Shown here one piece after another: positions 1 through 11,300 of a stretch of 64,000 nt of DNA. The notes below the pieces were generated by a model that did no database searches, was not told the DNA's origin, and saw nothing but the letters and a program-made list of their open reading frames with translations. Each line of letters starts with the position of its first letter. Within the stretch, counting starts at the first letter, position 1. This DNA is from an uncultured Prolixibacteraceae bacterium (GTDB taxonomy: Bacteria > Bacteroidota > Bacteroidia > Bacteroidales > FEN-979). The position numbers and the translations under genes were made by a program. The DNA lies in NCBI GenBank assembly GCA_964525995.1, contig CAZGIM010000001.1, positions 250,445-314,444 of the forward strand, in the 5' to 3' direction.

Positions 1-132
1 GTGTGTTGGTGAAAAGGTCTGAATATGAAAAGACTCCGATCCATGAGGGTGACGATGTGATGGTGCTTCATCTGATCTCCGGCGGTTGAACCGGTGATAC
101 TTTTCTTTTTTTGCGTAATCCAACAATCTCCT

Positions 133-1584
133 ATGCTGACGGTATTTATTCTCTACCTAGCCCTGACTGTACTAATAGCCTGGTGGTATTCACGTGGTGA
201 AAAAACAAATTCCACTTTTGTTTTAGGTCAAAAAAAATTCGGCGGTCCTGCGTTGGCGCTTTCCGAGAGGGCTACCGGAGAATCGGCATGGCTTCTGCTT
301 GGACTTACAGGGCATGCCTATTCCGAAGGAATTGCTGCTGTTTGGGTGGCCTTAGGCTGTGTGTTGGGAATTATCTTCATCTGGATGGTAATGGCCGGCC
401 GGCTGCAACGCAAGACCGATCAGACCGGAGCGCTCACCGTATCCGGGTTGCTTGGGAAAAGTTTTCCGGGCGCTGAACGGAACATCAGTCTCCTATCAGC
501 TTTTATAATTGTATTCTTCTTCGTATTTTATATTGCAGCGCAGTTCAGTGGCTCGGGAAAAGTTTTGCATAAAACTTTCAACCTCGACCCGATCTGGGGT
601 ATCCTGATCGGATCGGTTATCGTTACTTTTTACTGTATGATGGGCGGTTTCGTTGCTGTTGTTGTTACCGATGTTTTTCAGTCTTTACTGATGATCTTTA
701 CCCTGGTTGTCTTTCCCTTTATCGCCCTGATGGTTGCAGCTTCAAACAACCTCCCGCTTTTTCATGCCATTGAACAGGCAGGTCCTACCTATCTTTCGCT
801 GACGGCAGGGAAAAGCGGCAGTACCGCATTCCTCTTCATTCTCAGCGGATTGAGTTGGGCTCTGGGTTACAGCGGGCAACCCCAGTTACTTACACGGATG
901 ATGGCCATCAGAAATCAGCGTGATGTGAAACCGGCCCGTGTAGTTGCAATTTTCTGGACCTTGCTCGCATACGCAGGGGCTATTTTGATCGGACTCTTCG
1001 GGATTGGTTTTGTCCAGAACGGATACCTTGGTGCCGAGTCGGCCCGACTTGCCGGAGATGCTGAAAAGATCCTTCCGGTGATGGTGGTCATGTTTGTGAA
1101 TCCGATTTTAGCCGGAGTCCTGTTATCCGGTGTCATTTCTGCAATGATGTCAACCGCATCATCAGAATTGACGGTCTCTTCGGCCTCCATCACGGAGGAT
1201 ATCCTGGGCAGGATATTCAGGAGGGCGATTTCCGATAAAAACAAATTACGCATGAACCAACTCATGACATTGGCCGTCGGAGTAATTGCCATCATCCTTG
1301 CCCTGACTTTGACTGAGACTGTTTACGGACTTGTTTCCTACGCCTGGTCCGGGATTGGATCGTCCTTTGGGCCGGCTTTATTGCTGCTCCTTTTTTGGAA
1401 GAAATTTTCTCGCGCCGGTGTCTATGCATCCCTGATCACCGGGACAACTTCGACCGTCGTGTGGAAATACTTTTTTGAATCCTCCACGGGAGTATCGGAA
1501 CGCCTGGTAAGTTTTATTGCTGCCGGTGCAATGGCGTTGCTTTTTTCAGTATTATTTCCCGAGAAAGTACAGAAAATCAGATAG
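133..1584 (+). CDS. sodium:solute symporter family transporter (PutP/PanF-like)
   Basis: ORF 94..1584; about 13 hydrophobic helices; SSF-like stretches GGPALALSERATGESAWLLLGLTG and GYSGQPQLLTRMMA; ATG at 133 (MLTVFILY) preferred to the GTG at 94. Confidence 0.8.
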   Translation: MLTVFILYLALTVLIAWWYSRGEKTNSTFVLGQKKFGGPALALSERATGESAWLLLGLTGHAYSEGIAAVWVALGCVLGIIFIWMVMAGRLQRKTDQTGALTVSGLLGKSFPGAERNISLLSAFIIVFFFVFYIAAQFSGSGKVLHKTFNLDPIWGILIGSVIVTFYCMMGGFVAVVVTDVFQSLLMIFTLVVFPFIALMVAASNNLPLFHAIEQAGPTYLSLTAGKSGSTAFLFILSGLSWALGYSGQPQLLTRMMAIRNQRDVKPARVVAIFWTLLAYAGAILIGLFGIGFVQNGYLGAESARLAGDAEKILPVMVVMFVNPILAGVLLSGVISAMMSTASSELTVSSASITEDILGRIFRRAISDKNKLRMNQLMTLAVGVIAIILALTLTETVYGLVSYAWSGIGSSFGPALLLLLFWKKFSRAGVYASLITGTTSTVVWKYFFESSTGVSERLVSFIAAGAMALLFSVLFPEKVQKIR

Positions 1585-2872
1585 CTTCAGCCACCACAAA
1601 ATTGCTGCCCCCGATAAAAACAAGATCATTCTTGTCGGCATTACCAATTGCGGCAGCAATGGCATCTTTCACCGATGGGTAAGACTTTCCGCGTAATCCC
1701 GCGTCTTTTGCTGCTTTCATAAGCACATCCACATTCAATCCCCTGGGAATATTCGGTTTACAGAAATAGTAAATCCCTTTGAGCGGAAGTTGTTCCAGGA
1801 TGGGTTCCAGCCGCTTGTCGTTGACTAATCCGATGACAAAATGGAGTTGTTTGTGCGGTGTGATCGCAAGTTGTGCTACGACTTCCCTGATCCCGCCTTC
1901 ATTGTGGCCGGTATCGCAGATTACCAGCGGATCCTGTCCAAGCACCTGCCACCGGCCTGCAAAACCGGTATTCAGGATCACATTTCGTAATCCATCGCGG
2001 ATAACAGTCTGACTCAGCGAATAACCGCTCTTATCGAGCATACTGCAGGCTCCCAAAACGGTGACCAGATTCTTCTTTTGGTACAATCCGGGTAAGGGCA
2101 GAACCACCTTTTCCAGAAATGGCTTGCCTTTCATCTGAACGTCGAAGGTTCTTTTTTTAGCGGTGTCGTGATACGATACACCGGAAACTGCCGAAAACAG
2201 CTGATCGGCAAAAAGAATTTCAGAACCTGAAGAGGATGCTTTTTCATTAAATATTTTCTTCGTCTCTTTCTGGGTTTCACCGATCACCACCGGGATCCCT
2301 GGTTTAATGATCCCAGCTTTTTCGACGGCAATTTTGTTCAGGGTATTGCCAAGATATTGCATGTGGTCAAGGCTGACATTGGTAATAACCGAAAGTTCCG
2401 GAGTTATGACATTAGTAGAATCCAGCCGGCCGCCTAACCCTACCTCAATCACGGCGATATCGACCTGCTGGTCCCGGAAATAATTAAAGGCCATTCCTAC
2501 GGTCAGTTCAAAAAAGGAGGGCTGAAATTTTTCGAACTGTTCCCGATACTTTTTTATAAAGGAGGATACATACGACCGGGGAATCATTTTCCCGTTCACT
2601 TTGATTCGTTCGCGGAAATCGCGAAGGTGTGGAGAGGTATATAAGCCGGTTCTGTAATCGGCAGTCTGCAGAATGGATGCCAGCATATGCGCAACAGAAC
2701 CTTTACCATTTGTCCCCGAAATGTGAACCGAGCGGAACGATTTATGGGGATTGTTCAGTATCTTACAAAGCGCGAGGGTGTTATCCAAATTGGCTTTGTA
2801 GGCGGATGCCCCGATCCGGTGATACATCGGAAGCTGGGCATACATGTAATCAAGGGTTTTTTTGTAACTCAT
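1577..2872 (-). CDS. folC: folylpolyglutamate synthase / dihydrofolate synthase
   Basis: ORF 1577..2965; Mur-ligase P-loop ISGTNGKGSV and FolC-like N-terminus MSYKKTLDYMYAQLPMYHRIG; start moved to ATG 2872 (M32 of the ORF); stop overlaps the symporter stop convergently by 8 nt. Confidence 0.85.
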   Translation of the reverse strand: MSYKKTLDYMYAQLPMYHRIGASAYKANLDNTLALCKILNNPHKSFRSVHISGTNGKGSVAHMLASILQTADYRTGLYTSPHLRDFRERIKVNGKMIPRSYVSSFIKKYREQFEKFQPSFFELTVGMAFNYFRDQQVDIAVIEVGLGGRLDSTNVITPELSVITNVSLDHMQYLGNTLNKIAVEKAGIIKPGIPVVIGETQKETKKIFNEKASSSGSEILFADQLFSAVSGVSYHDTAKKRTFDVQMKGKPFLEKVVLPLPGLYQKKNLVTVLGACSMLDKSGYSLSQTVIRDGLRNVILNTGFAGRWQVLGQDPLVICDTGHNEGGIREVVAQLAITPHKQLHFVIGLVNDKRLEPILEQLPLKGIYYFCKPNIPRGLNVDVLMKAAKDAGLRGKSYPSVKDAIAAAIGNADKNDLVFIGGSNFVVAEAI

Positions 2873-2971
2873 AATTCTCTCTTTTTCAATCGTTAATAAT
2901 CTACTAATCTTGTTGTTCTCTGAATGAGTTACACCAAAGATATGATATTGGAATGGAAATGTCAACAGGAA

Positions 2972-4153
2972 TTAAAAAATTCCGCCGCCTGATGAGTCAG
3001 TTATAGCTCCGGTGACGCTTTTCAGGCAATTGGATTCGTTACGCCAACGAAGAACCCCGAGGAAGGCAAAAATGAGAGCTTCCTTGAATTCCACGGTTAA
3101 CCGGTCGGGTATAACCACTTCGGTATCGGCATAATGTGCGATCCGTTCTGTTAAAAACGTATTCAGGGCGCCACCGCCCGTCATCAGCATTCGCCTGATG
3201 GAATGCCCGACATGATGGTTATTTGTTTTCTGGATACCGGTCATGCCATCCCGATCAACACAACTTAAGGTTGCATATTCGATAGGTTGATCCTTGACCA
3301 GTGCAGGTGCCCCCTGAAAAGATCCTGTATGGGCGCATAGCCTTGTTGCATGTCCAATCTGAATGGCAATATGTTCGCAAAAAGTTGCCAGGAGGTCGCA
3401 AACCGGAAGGGTCAGACCGGCAATTAAGGGAGAAACGTTCTGCTCAACCCATTCCTTTCCCAACGATTTTGGAGGTAAAACAGAATAATAAGGTAGGGCA
3501 TTTAAAGCATTCAGGATTCCCTGGTCGATGGTGCCTTGTCGTGCCATTAATCCGTCTTTATCGTAGTCATATCCTGACCGGGAAGCCAGTTCATTTAAGA
3601 CTATGTTGGCCGGGCCGGTATCGTAGGCAATCCGTTTTCCTCCTGAATCAAAAGAAATGTTTGCAAACCCTCCAAGGTTAAGGCAGATTTCATAATCGGA
3701 GAACAGCAGCCGATCGCCAATCGGAACCAGCGGAGCTCCCTGTCCCCCTAACGCCACATCCAGCGATCTGAAATCACAGATAACCGGGATGCCGGTTTCA
3801 GCCCTGATTGCAGGACCATGCCCGATCTGAAGCGTCAGCCTGTCTTCCGGCCGGTGAAATACCGTATGGCCGTGCGAAGCAATAAAATCGGGATGAATGC
3901 GATGTTTTTCAATAAAATTCCGGGTCAGACTTCCCAAAAGATGCCCGTAATCCCTGTCAAGTGTAATAAGTTCAATTGCCCGGCCGGTGCCTGCCGAGCC
4001 TAACCGATCCCTCCATTGCCGGGTGTATGGAATGGTTTCAGCCTGATGGATCTTTGAAAACCATTTGGAGTCCTGTAACCTGAACTCACAAAAAGCAATG
4101 TCTATCCCGTCAAGGCTGGTTCCCGACATTAATCCTATGGCAAAATAGTTCAT
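2972..4153 (-). CDS. anmK: anhydro-N-acetylmuramic acid kinase
   Basis: 393-aa ORF; GLMSGTSLDGIDIA N-terminus, GGQGAPLVP and MTGGGALN motifs typical of AnmK (ASKHA fold). Confidence 0.85.
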   Translation of the reverse strand: MNYFAIGLMSGTSLDGIDIAFCEFRLQDSKWFSKIHQAETIPYTRQWRDRLGSAGTGRAIELITLDRDYGHLLGSLTRNFIEKHRIHPDFIASHGHTVFHRPEDRLTLQIGHGPAIRAETGIPVICDFRSLDVALGGQGAPLVPIGDRLLFSDYEICLNLGGFANISFDSGGKRIAYDTGPANIVLNELASRSGYDYDKDGLMARQGTIDQGILNALNALPYYSVLPPKSLGKEWVEQNVSPLIAGLTLPVCDLLATFCEHIAIQIGHATRLCAHTGSFQGAPALVKDQPIEYATLSCVDRDGMTGIQKTNNHHVGHSIRRMLMTGGGALNTFLTERIAHYADTEVVIPDRLTVEFKEALIFAFLGVLRWRNESNCLKSVTGAITDSSGGGIF

Positions 4154-4170
4154 TTCCGGGATGTTTGATT

Positions 4171-5490
4171 TTACAATACATCAACAAGGGTTTCCATCTT
4201 CATCCCCCTGGAGCCTTTTATCAAAACCGTAGCCTGTTCAATCCGGTGATGCTCGAACCACAGTTTTGCCAGCGCAGCATCAGCGAAAACATGAAAATCG
4301 GGATGGGTATTGGTCGAACAAAATCTCCGGCCAACAAGGAAAACTTTTTTGAAGTCCAGATTATCTATAAGTCCAAGAATATGACGGTGTTCCTTGTCAG
4401 ATTCAGCTCCCAGTTCAAGCATATCACCTAAAATGACGATCTTCGCTGGGTAGTTCGTTTCGGCAAAAGATACCAATGCCGCTTCCATACTGCTGGGATT
4501 TGCATTATAGGCATCCAGGATCAACCTGTTGGTGCGGGTCATAGTTACCTGCGAACGGTTGTTGGCAGGTTCATAACTTTCAAGTGCGGACCCAATCCGG
4601 TCAACCGGAACCTTGAAGAAATGCCCGATACAGGCTGCAGCAGCGATGTTGCTCAGATTGTATTTACCGTACAATTTGGTATCGACTGTGATCCTCTGGT
4701 TGCCCGGAAAGCGGATTTCAGCCCTGACAAAGGGATCGGCAGCTATTAGAGAGACTACAGTGTCGGCCTGTGAAGTACCGTAGGTAACGACTTTAAGTCT
4801 TTCAGCGTGCCTGCTGAGCAAATCATCCTGACGATGGAGGAATACCGTCCCGTCATTATCTTTCAGATACCGATAGAGTTCTGTTTTGGTACGCACAACA
4901 CCTTCAAAGCCACCGAATCCTTCGAGGTGGGCACGACCGATGTTGGTAATGATCCCATAACCGGGTCTGGCTAACCGGCATAAGAAGTCGATTTCCCCTT
5001 CATGATTGGCTCCCATCTCAATGATGGCAATCTCGGTTTCATCGGTGATGTTTAGTAATGTCAAAGGTACCCCGATGTGGTTATTCAGGTTGCCGGTGGT
5101 CGCAACAGTTTTAAATTTCTGTCTGAAAACGGAATGGAATAATTCTTTGGTCGTGGTCTTTCCGTTGGTCCCGGTGATAGCGATTACAGGGATATTGAAC
5201 CGGGACCGGTGAAAGCTGGCCAGGTCCTGTAAGGCTTTCAGGCAGTCAGGAACCAGGATGTATCGGTTGTCAGGGGTGCAGGCTGGATCATCAACCACTG
5301 CAAAAGCGGCTCCGTCATTTATGGCTTGGGATGCAAACCGGTTTCCATCGAACGAGGTTCCCTTCAAGGCGAAGAAGATGGAACCCGGGATGATGTTCCG
5401 GCTGTCGGTACAAACCGTGCCGCATTCCAGGAAATGGTGATATAGTTCGCTGTTTGGATTATCCATGAGCCCCTGAGGATCGTCAAACAT
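4171..5490 (-). CDS. murF: UDP-N-acetylmuramoyl-tripeptide--D-alanyl-D-alanine ligase
   Basis: 439-aa ORF; Mur ligase P-loop ITGTNGKTTTKE, GMNHxGE-like GANHEGEI, C-terminal ILGDMLELG; adjacent to gldJ as in Flavobacterium. Confidence 0.9.
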   Translation of the reverse strand: MFDDPQGLMDNPNSELYHHFLECGTVCTDSRNIIPGSIFFALKGTSFDGNRFASQAINDGAAFAVVDDPACTPDNRYILVPDCLKALQDLASFHRSRFNIPVIAITGTNGKTTTKELFHSVFRQKFKTVATTGNLNNHIGVPLTLLNITDETEIAIIEMGANHEGEIDFLCRLARPGYGIITNIGRAHLEGFGGFEGVVRTKTELYRYLKDNDGTVFLHRQDDLLSRHAERLKVVTYGTSQADTVVSLIAADPFVRAEIRFPGNQRITVDTKLYGKYNLSNIAAAACIGHFFKVPVDRIGSALESYEPANNRSQVTMTRTNRLILDAYNANPSSMEAALVSFAETNYPAKIVILGDMLELGAESDKEHRHILGLIDNLDFKKVFLVGRRFCSTNTHPDFHVFADAALAKLWFEHHRIEQATVLIKGSRGMKMETLVDVL

Positions 5491-5554
5491 TCATCATATA
5501 TAAAAACAAACCCCGTCTCGGTCAGAAACGGGGTTCTGGTTAATGGTTCATATT

Positions 5555-7030
5555 TTATCGTCCGGCTATAGAGCCGCCGACACGGGTCATGGCACAACGA
5601 AAACCAATTGCATCGGATGCTTCATTTTCATCAAGATAGCGGCGGGTTCCGGGGCTCATGTAATAAGCGGGATCTTTCCAGCTACCTCCTTTGTAAACCC
5701 GGGCATGGTCAGTTATCAGTGAACTCATACCATACTGATACATAAGATTCGTTGCACTGCTATCCCTTGCACCCTCTTTCCAGACGTTATTGTCGATGTT
5801 GGAAGCATAATCACCGTCTAAATAATTGATGTTATCGGCTTGCCGGTAATTTTTACGGTTCATGGCTTCCGCAGTGGTTATATCACGGTACTTGATTCTT
5901 CCAAGGCTGTCTTTTTCAGCAAGAAATCCTTCTGCATCCCTGACCGGAGTTTTGAAAACGTTCCCACGGAACGGATGGAGGTCAGATACTTCATACGAGT
6001 TAAGTGGCCGGTAAACATCCAGAACCCACTCGCTCACATTTCCAGCCATGTTGTAAAGCCCGTAATCATTGGGGAAGTAAGAACCGCAGGCAGAAGGAAT
6101 ATTTGCTCCGTCGTTCAGATTCCCGGCTACCCCCATATAGTCACCGTTACCGCGTTTGAAGTTATCCATAAAACTTCCGTAATACCGGTTTTCATCAGTA
6201 CGTACGTAGTTTCCGTTCCAGGGATAATTCTTTCTTTCAACAACCCGTTCATACAGAGTATTACCCACCAATCCAAGAGCCGCATATTCCCACTCAGCTT
6301 CGGTCGGCAGTCTGTATTTCGGGAGCATAATACCATCTTCCATCTTGACTTTTCGGGTTCCGGTACCATTGGGATTCAAATCGGGTAGCGGCTTATCAAC
6401 CAGTCCTTCATATTGCCCTGCAAGATATGCCTCGGTATTAAAGTTGTTTTCGTTTTTCTGAGCAGGGTCCATGGCGAGAATGCCTCGTTTTATCAGCATT
6501 GCCTCATTAACACGGTCGGTTCTCCAGAGGCAGTAATCGTTGGCCTGTACCCAGCTGATACCCACAACCGGATAGTTACGGTATGCAGGATGTCGGAAGT
6601 AATACTCGACCAAAGGTTCATTATAGGCGAGTTTCTGGCGCCAAACGAGCGTATCGGGAAGCGCTTTGCGGTAAACCCCGGGATAGTCGGTGGCGTAAAC
6701 CCGGCTGAGCCAGTAAAGATACTCCAGGTAATCGAGGTTACGAACCTCGGTTTCATCCATATAAAAACTCGCAACAGTCACTCTTCGTGCACTGTTGTTC
6801 CACTCATACATCACATCGTCCTGGGTACCTCCCATGGTGAATGTTCCGCCTTCAATAAACACGAGGCCCGGTCCGGTTTGCTGGTCGGCAAATTGCCTGA
6901 CCTCGAAACCTCCGTTTTTGGGATTGTTGTATTCCCATCCTGTTGACCGTGAAGCTTCTTTTTTGCAGGCTCCTACCAGGATCAGGATACCGGATAAAGC
7001 TGCAAACTGAAAGATCCTGTTCATTTTCAT
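5555..7030 (-). CDS. gldJ: gliding motility / T9SS lipoprotein GldJ
   Basis: 491-aa ORF; lipoprotein signal LILVGAC; FGE-sulfatase-like core (GPGLVFIEGGTFTMG, FYMDETEVRNLDYLEYLYWL, ALPDTLVWR) closely resembling Flavobacterium johnsoniae GldJ. Confidence 0.9.
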   Translation of the reverse strand: MKMNRIFQFAALSGILILVGACKKEASRSTGWEYNNPKNGGFEVRQFADQQTGPGLVFIEGGTFTMGGTQDDVMYEWNNSARRVTVASFYMDETEVRNLDYLEYLYWLSRVYATDYPGVYRKALPDTLVWRQKLAYNEPLVEYYFRHPAYRNYPVVGISWVQANDYCLWRTDRVNEAMLIKRGILAMDPAQKNENNFNTEAYLAGQYEGLVDKPLPDLNPNGTGTRKVKMEDGIMLPKYRLPTEAEWEYAALGLVGNTLYERVVERKNYPWNGNYVRTDENRYYGSFMDNFKRGNGDYMGVAGNLNDGANIPSACGSYFPNDYGLYNMAGNVSEWVLDVYRPLNSYEVSDLHPFRGNVFKTPVRDAEGFLAEKDSLGRIKYRDITTAEAMNRKNYRQADNINYLDGDYASNIDNNVWKEGARDSSATNLMYQYGMSSLITDHARVYKGGSWKDPAYYMSPGTRRYLDENEASDAIGFRCAMTRVGGSIAGR

Positions 7031-7046
7031 GCGAGAGAAATTTTTG

Positions 7047-7078
7047 CAAACCTACATGAAATCGGAAAATTGTGCAAA
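7047..7078 (-). promoter_or_regulatory. candidate Bacteroidota sigmaA promoter for gldJ (-33 TTTG / -7 TAGGTTTG)
   Basis: minus-strand TAGGTTTG (plus caaaccta, 7047..7054) 17 nt above the gldJ ATG; minus-strand TTTG (7075..7078) exactly 20 nt further upstream. Confidence 0.5.
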
Positions 7079-7147
7079 TTTTGATGCGGTCTCATGCGAT
7101 TTTTTTGTGAGTGATAGTTGGTGCTTGAAAACAAATTGTATCAATAA

Positions 7148-8131
7148 CTAAAAACGTGGGCATTTTATTGCCCTTATATGTCTTCTTTTTTCAGAGCAAG
7201 GGAATTGCCATGACGCCGAAACCTCGTGAGCCCCGCCAGATGCGCCTTTCAAATTACTTATCGTGAAATCATAACTATATCCCACCTGAAGATTTTTATA
7301 GTGAATTCCAAGCATCGGGATAATGGCATCGGGATTTTCAAAGTTATGGCGGTACCAAACTCCGCCAACAAATGGATCGATCGTGAGATATAATCCGATG
7401 TTTAGCTGGTGATAGATGGACTGCTGCTGGTAAAGAACATTGGGTGATAACGAAAACTCCCGCTCATCGTCGGCACTTCCATTTTTCCTGAGGTTTATAG
7501 TCCCGCCTGCATGAATCGTGAACTTCATATACAGCGGGGTGTCATTGTTCGCGTAAAATCCTATTTTGGGTTGCGAAAGATGATCCACTGCTACTCCTCC
7601 GTAGACCAGGTTATCGTAGGCCAGGAATATTCCGGCTGAGAAGTCAGGAACTCCGATCCTTGGCTGATCCGGCTGCTTTTCAAGGGTCTCTGTGGAATTG
7701 CGGACGATCATATCTTCGAAAGTGAGGTTATCCCACGCAAGATGCCGTTGGTAATATCCTGCTTTAATTGCCCCACTAGCCTGAAGTCTTGAAGTAAGGT
7801 TGAATTTGTAAGCGTACATTACACTGATGGTCGTTGTGTTCAGAGCGCCTCCACCAGCTCTGTCGGCCATGAGCAAAACACCTACCCCACCATGTAAAAA
7901 TGAGACATACTGGTCGTATGAAATATGATATGTGTTAAATGCTTTACCGAATCCAGGCCATTGGTTTCGATAATTTCCTGTGGCTTTAGGGCAAATGTTC
8001 AGCCCTGCCATGGCAGGATTCAGGTAGAGTGGATTGGCATAAAACTGGGAAAATTCCGGATCCTGGGCTACGACCTTACCAAAGAATAAAAAGAAGAGAA
8101 TCCCAATCAGGAACCGATTTCCTTTTGTCAT
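7148..8131 (-). CDS. PorP/SprF family T9SS outer-membrane protein
   Basis: ORF 7148..8197; mature N-terminus AQDPEFSQFYANPLYLNPAMAG is the PorP/SprF signature; start moved to ATG 8131 (MTKGNRFLIGILFF, signal peptide), 30 nt below a minus-strand TAATTTTG box at 8161..8168. Confidence 0.85.
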   Translation of the reverse strand: MTKGNRFLIGILFFLFFGKVVAQDPEFSQFYANPLYLNPAMAGLNICPKATGNYRNQWPGFGKAFNTYHISYDQYVSFLHGGVGVLLMADRAGGGALNTTTISVMYAYKFNLTSRLQASGAIKAGYYQRHLAWDNLTFEDMIVRNSTETLEKQPDQPRIGVPDFSAGIFLAYDNLVYGGVAVDHLSQPKIGFYANNDTPLYMKFTIHAGGTINLRKNGSADDEREFSLSPNVLYQQQSIYHQLNIGLYLTIDPFVGGVWYRHNFENPDAIIPMLGIHYKNLQVGYSYDFTISNLKGASGGAHEVSASWQFPCSEKRRHIRAIKCPRF

Positions 8132-8317
8132 GCTGTTGAATACAACCTGTTTAGCGGTCACAAAATTACGAAAAAAAACTGAAAGCCTTCCAGTCATTTA
8201 CAATATTAACTAACACCAAACGTTTAAAAACTGGATATCATCTTTCCGGGTGACTATTTTTTTACGGGTGGCAACCAACCTTGTTTTTTTTCTGTCTTAT
8301 GCTTAACAGGGAACTGT

Positions 8318-11300
8318 ATGAATCATAAAATACTTCACTGCCTGCTGATAACGGCTATTACGATCATCCTGCTTGCTGCCGGAATAGCACGCGGCAGTAC
8401 CGAAATTTCCAGTGGACCGTACAATCTAAAATGGAAACCAATCCGGTCTCAACAGGATACATCAACCTACTACCCTAACATTCTTACCTTTGAGGGATCC
8501 CTGCTGGATGAAAAATTCGGGCTGCTGCCGGTTTTTTCCTGTTATGTCGCGCCCCCCGCAACCGGCGATACCATTGTGAGTATAACCATTACCGATCCTG
8601 TTTATCTCACTATCGGTGATACCAGCATGCTACCTCTCAGAGATGTTGAATTAATCCGGAAAGAGGTTGCCATTTGGAATGAGCAGGTAAGTTATTCAGA
8701 TGAAGTATCGTATCGGATTTCGGTCATGCCTGTTCGCCGGGATTCCTCGACAGGGATGCTACAAGCGCTCATTTCATTTGGAATTTCGGTAAAATTCGAG
8801 GCAGCTGACCGACCGGATAACGGATCGGGATTACCCAGGTATGCCTCTTCTTCAGTTCTTGCAACAGGATCATGGTACAAATTCAGCGTGACCAATTCAG
8901 GAATTTTCAGGATCGGATACGAAGACCTCCGGTCGGCAGGGATTGATCCAGCAACTATCGACCCCCGATTTATCAGGCTCTACGGAAATGGTGGTGGGAT
9001 GCTGCCCGAATCCAACGCCAAAAGCCGGGTGGACGATCTGTTGGAAAATTCCATTTATGTTTATGGTGAAGAGGATGGTAGATTTGATCCTGGTGATTAC
9101 ATTCTTTTCTACGGACAGTCGCCCGACACCTGGACGTTCACCAAAACCGACCAGTTGTTCCATCATGCGAAAAACGCGTATAGTGATTATACTTATTACT
9201 TTCTGAACTTTGATCAGGGATTGGGGAAGAGGATCGGAACGGAGAGCAGTGTCAGTGATCCGGCTACCTTAACCGCAACCACTTTCAATGATTATGCCTT
9301 TTATGAGAAGGACGACAAAAACCTTGCAAAAACCGGAAGGGAATGGTGGGACCAGCAATATTTTGATATCACCACGGTAAGGAATTATGCCTTCAGCTTC
9401 CCGAATATCGATGGCGCCCAAAAGGTCACCCTGACCTGTAATCTGGCCGCGAGATCAACTGTTGGTAGCAGCGCCTTTACGATTGCTGCCCAGGGTAATT
9501 CCCTCCTAACTGTCACGATTCCCTCCACCTCCGGTACCTTTGATGATGATTTCGCGAAACAGGTTACCAGTTCCGCCAGTTTTCTTACCGCGAATCCAGC
9601 AATTGATATCAGGTTGTCCTATCTGAAATCATCCTCAAGTTCGGTGGGATATCTCAATTATATCGAAGTGAATGCAATTCGGAACCTGATCATGAACGGA
9701 TCTCAGATGTCATTTCGTTCAGCAACAGCGACCAGTCAGGGTGCCGTGACAGAATTTGTTGTCAGTTCAAACGGTCAGAATCTCCGTTTCTGGGATGTCA
9801 CCTCCATTGACAATATCAGGGAATTAAATGCGGTTAAAACCGGAAATGATTATGTTTTCAGGGTTGCTACGGGAACCTTGCGTGAATTCATTGCATATGA
9901 CGGGAGTTCCTTTGCCGCGCCCTCCTTTACCGGTAAAGTGGAAAACCAAAACCTGCATGCCACTCAGTCGGTGGATTATATTATTGTAACCCACCCGCTT
10001 TTTCTGGATGAGGCCGAAAGGCTGGCTCAGTTTCACCGGGAACAGAGTCAATTTTCGGTACTTGTAACCACTCCCGAAAAAATCTATAACGAATTCTCTT
10101 CCGGAGCTCAGGATATTACCGCAATCCGCGATTTTGTGAGGATGATGTACAATAAGGCAGAACCCGGCAAGGAACCCGCCTATCTGCTCCTATTTGGCGA
10201 TGCATCCTATGATTACAAGGACCGGATTCAAAATAACACCAACTTCGTACCTTCCTATGCATCTGTCGAGTCCTTCAACCCGGTTAGCTCCTTTGTGGCT
10301 GACGATTACTTCGGCAAGCTGAAAGAAAATGAAGGACAATCAGCCGCAGGTAACATGGTTATCGGGATCGGACGATTTCCCGTTGCCACACTTGCCGAAG
10401 CCAGGAGCGCAGTGGATAAGGTAATCCATTACAGCACCAATGCCCAGGCAGTCATGAGCGACTGGCGCAACGTGATCACCTTTGTAGCCGACGATCAGAA
10501 TGAAGGCAATAACATGTTCATCGAAGATTCGGAAGACATTGCAAAAGGCATTGAGAACCAGTATAAATCGTATAATGTCGATAAAATATATTCCGATGCC
10601 TATACCATGGTTTCGACCCCCGGGGGCGCCCGATATCCTGAGGTTAATGAGGTTATTAACAAAAGGGTCGAAAAGGGCTGCCTGATTATGAATTATATCG
10701 GACACGGGGGCGAAGTGGGCTGGGCCCATGAACGGATTCTCGAAGTGCCCGACATCAAAGCCTGGAGGAATTTTAACAACATGCCGGTGTTTGTTACTGC
10801 AACCTGTGAATTCAGCCGATTTGACGATCCGGAGCGGACTTCGGCCGGTGAATGGGTATTTCTGAACAGCAACGGTGGCGGCATTTCACTTTTTACCACA
10901 ACCCGACTGACGTTTGCCTATACCAATAAAACTCTGCTCGATCGGTTTTACCAGTATCTTTTTGTCAAATACCAGGGAAAATATCCCCGCATGGGAGATC
11001 TCATCCGCGAAGCAAAAGATTCATTAGGAAGCGCTCCCAACATTCATTCATTTGTACTGTTAGGCGATCCGGCCATGAAAATCGCCTATCCGGATTTGAA
11101 TGTAGTTACAACCTCTATTAATACACGTGAAAACAACTCCGCCCCCGATACCTTGAAAGCCCTCTCCGTAATTACCATACAGGGTGAGGTCAGGGATGCT
11201 TCGGGCAGCCGGCAGGATGATTTCTCGGGCACCATTTTCCCGACGGTGTATGATAAACCTTCAGAAATCTGGACCAAAGCAAACTACGGCTATGATGATC

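Noticed and set aside
1-89. Open frame running from the window edge to a TGA at 87..89 (...EYEKTPIHEGDDVMVLHLISGG), possibly the 3' end of an upstream + strand gene
   Set aside because: Only 28 codons are visible and no motif is recognisable, so there is too little evidence to call a feature.
3180-3300. Possible ~30-aa insertion in AnmK (…FQGAPALVKDQPIEYATLSCVDRDGMTGIQKTNNHH…)
   Set aside because: I cannot establish insertion boundaries without an alignment. It is in-frame and probably a lineage-specific loop.
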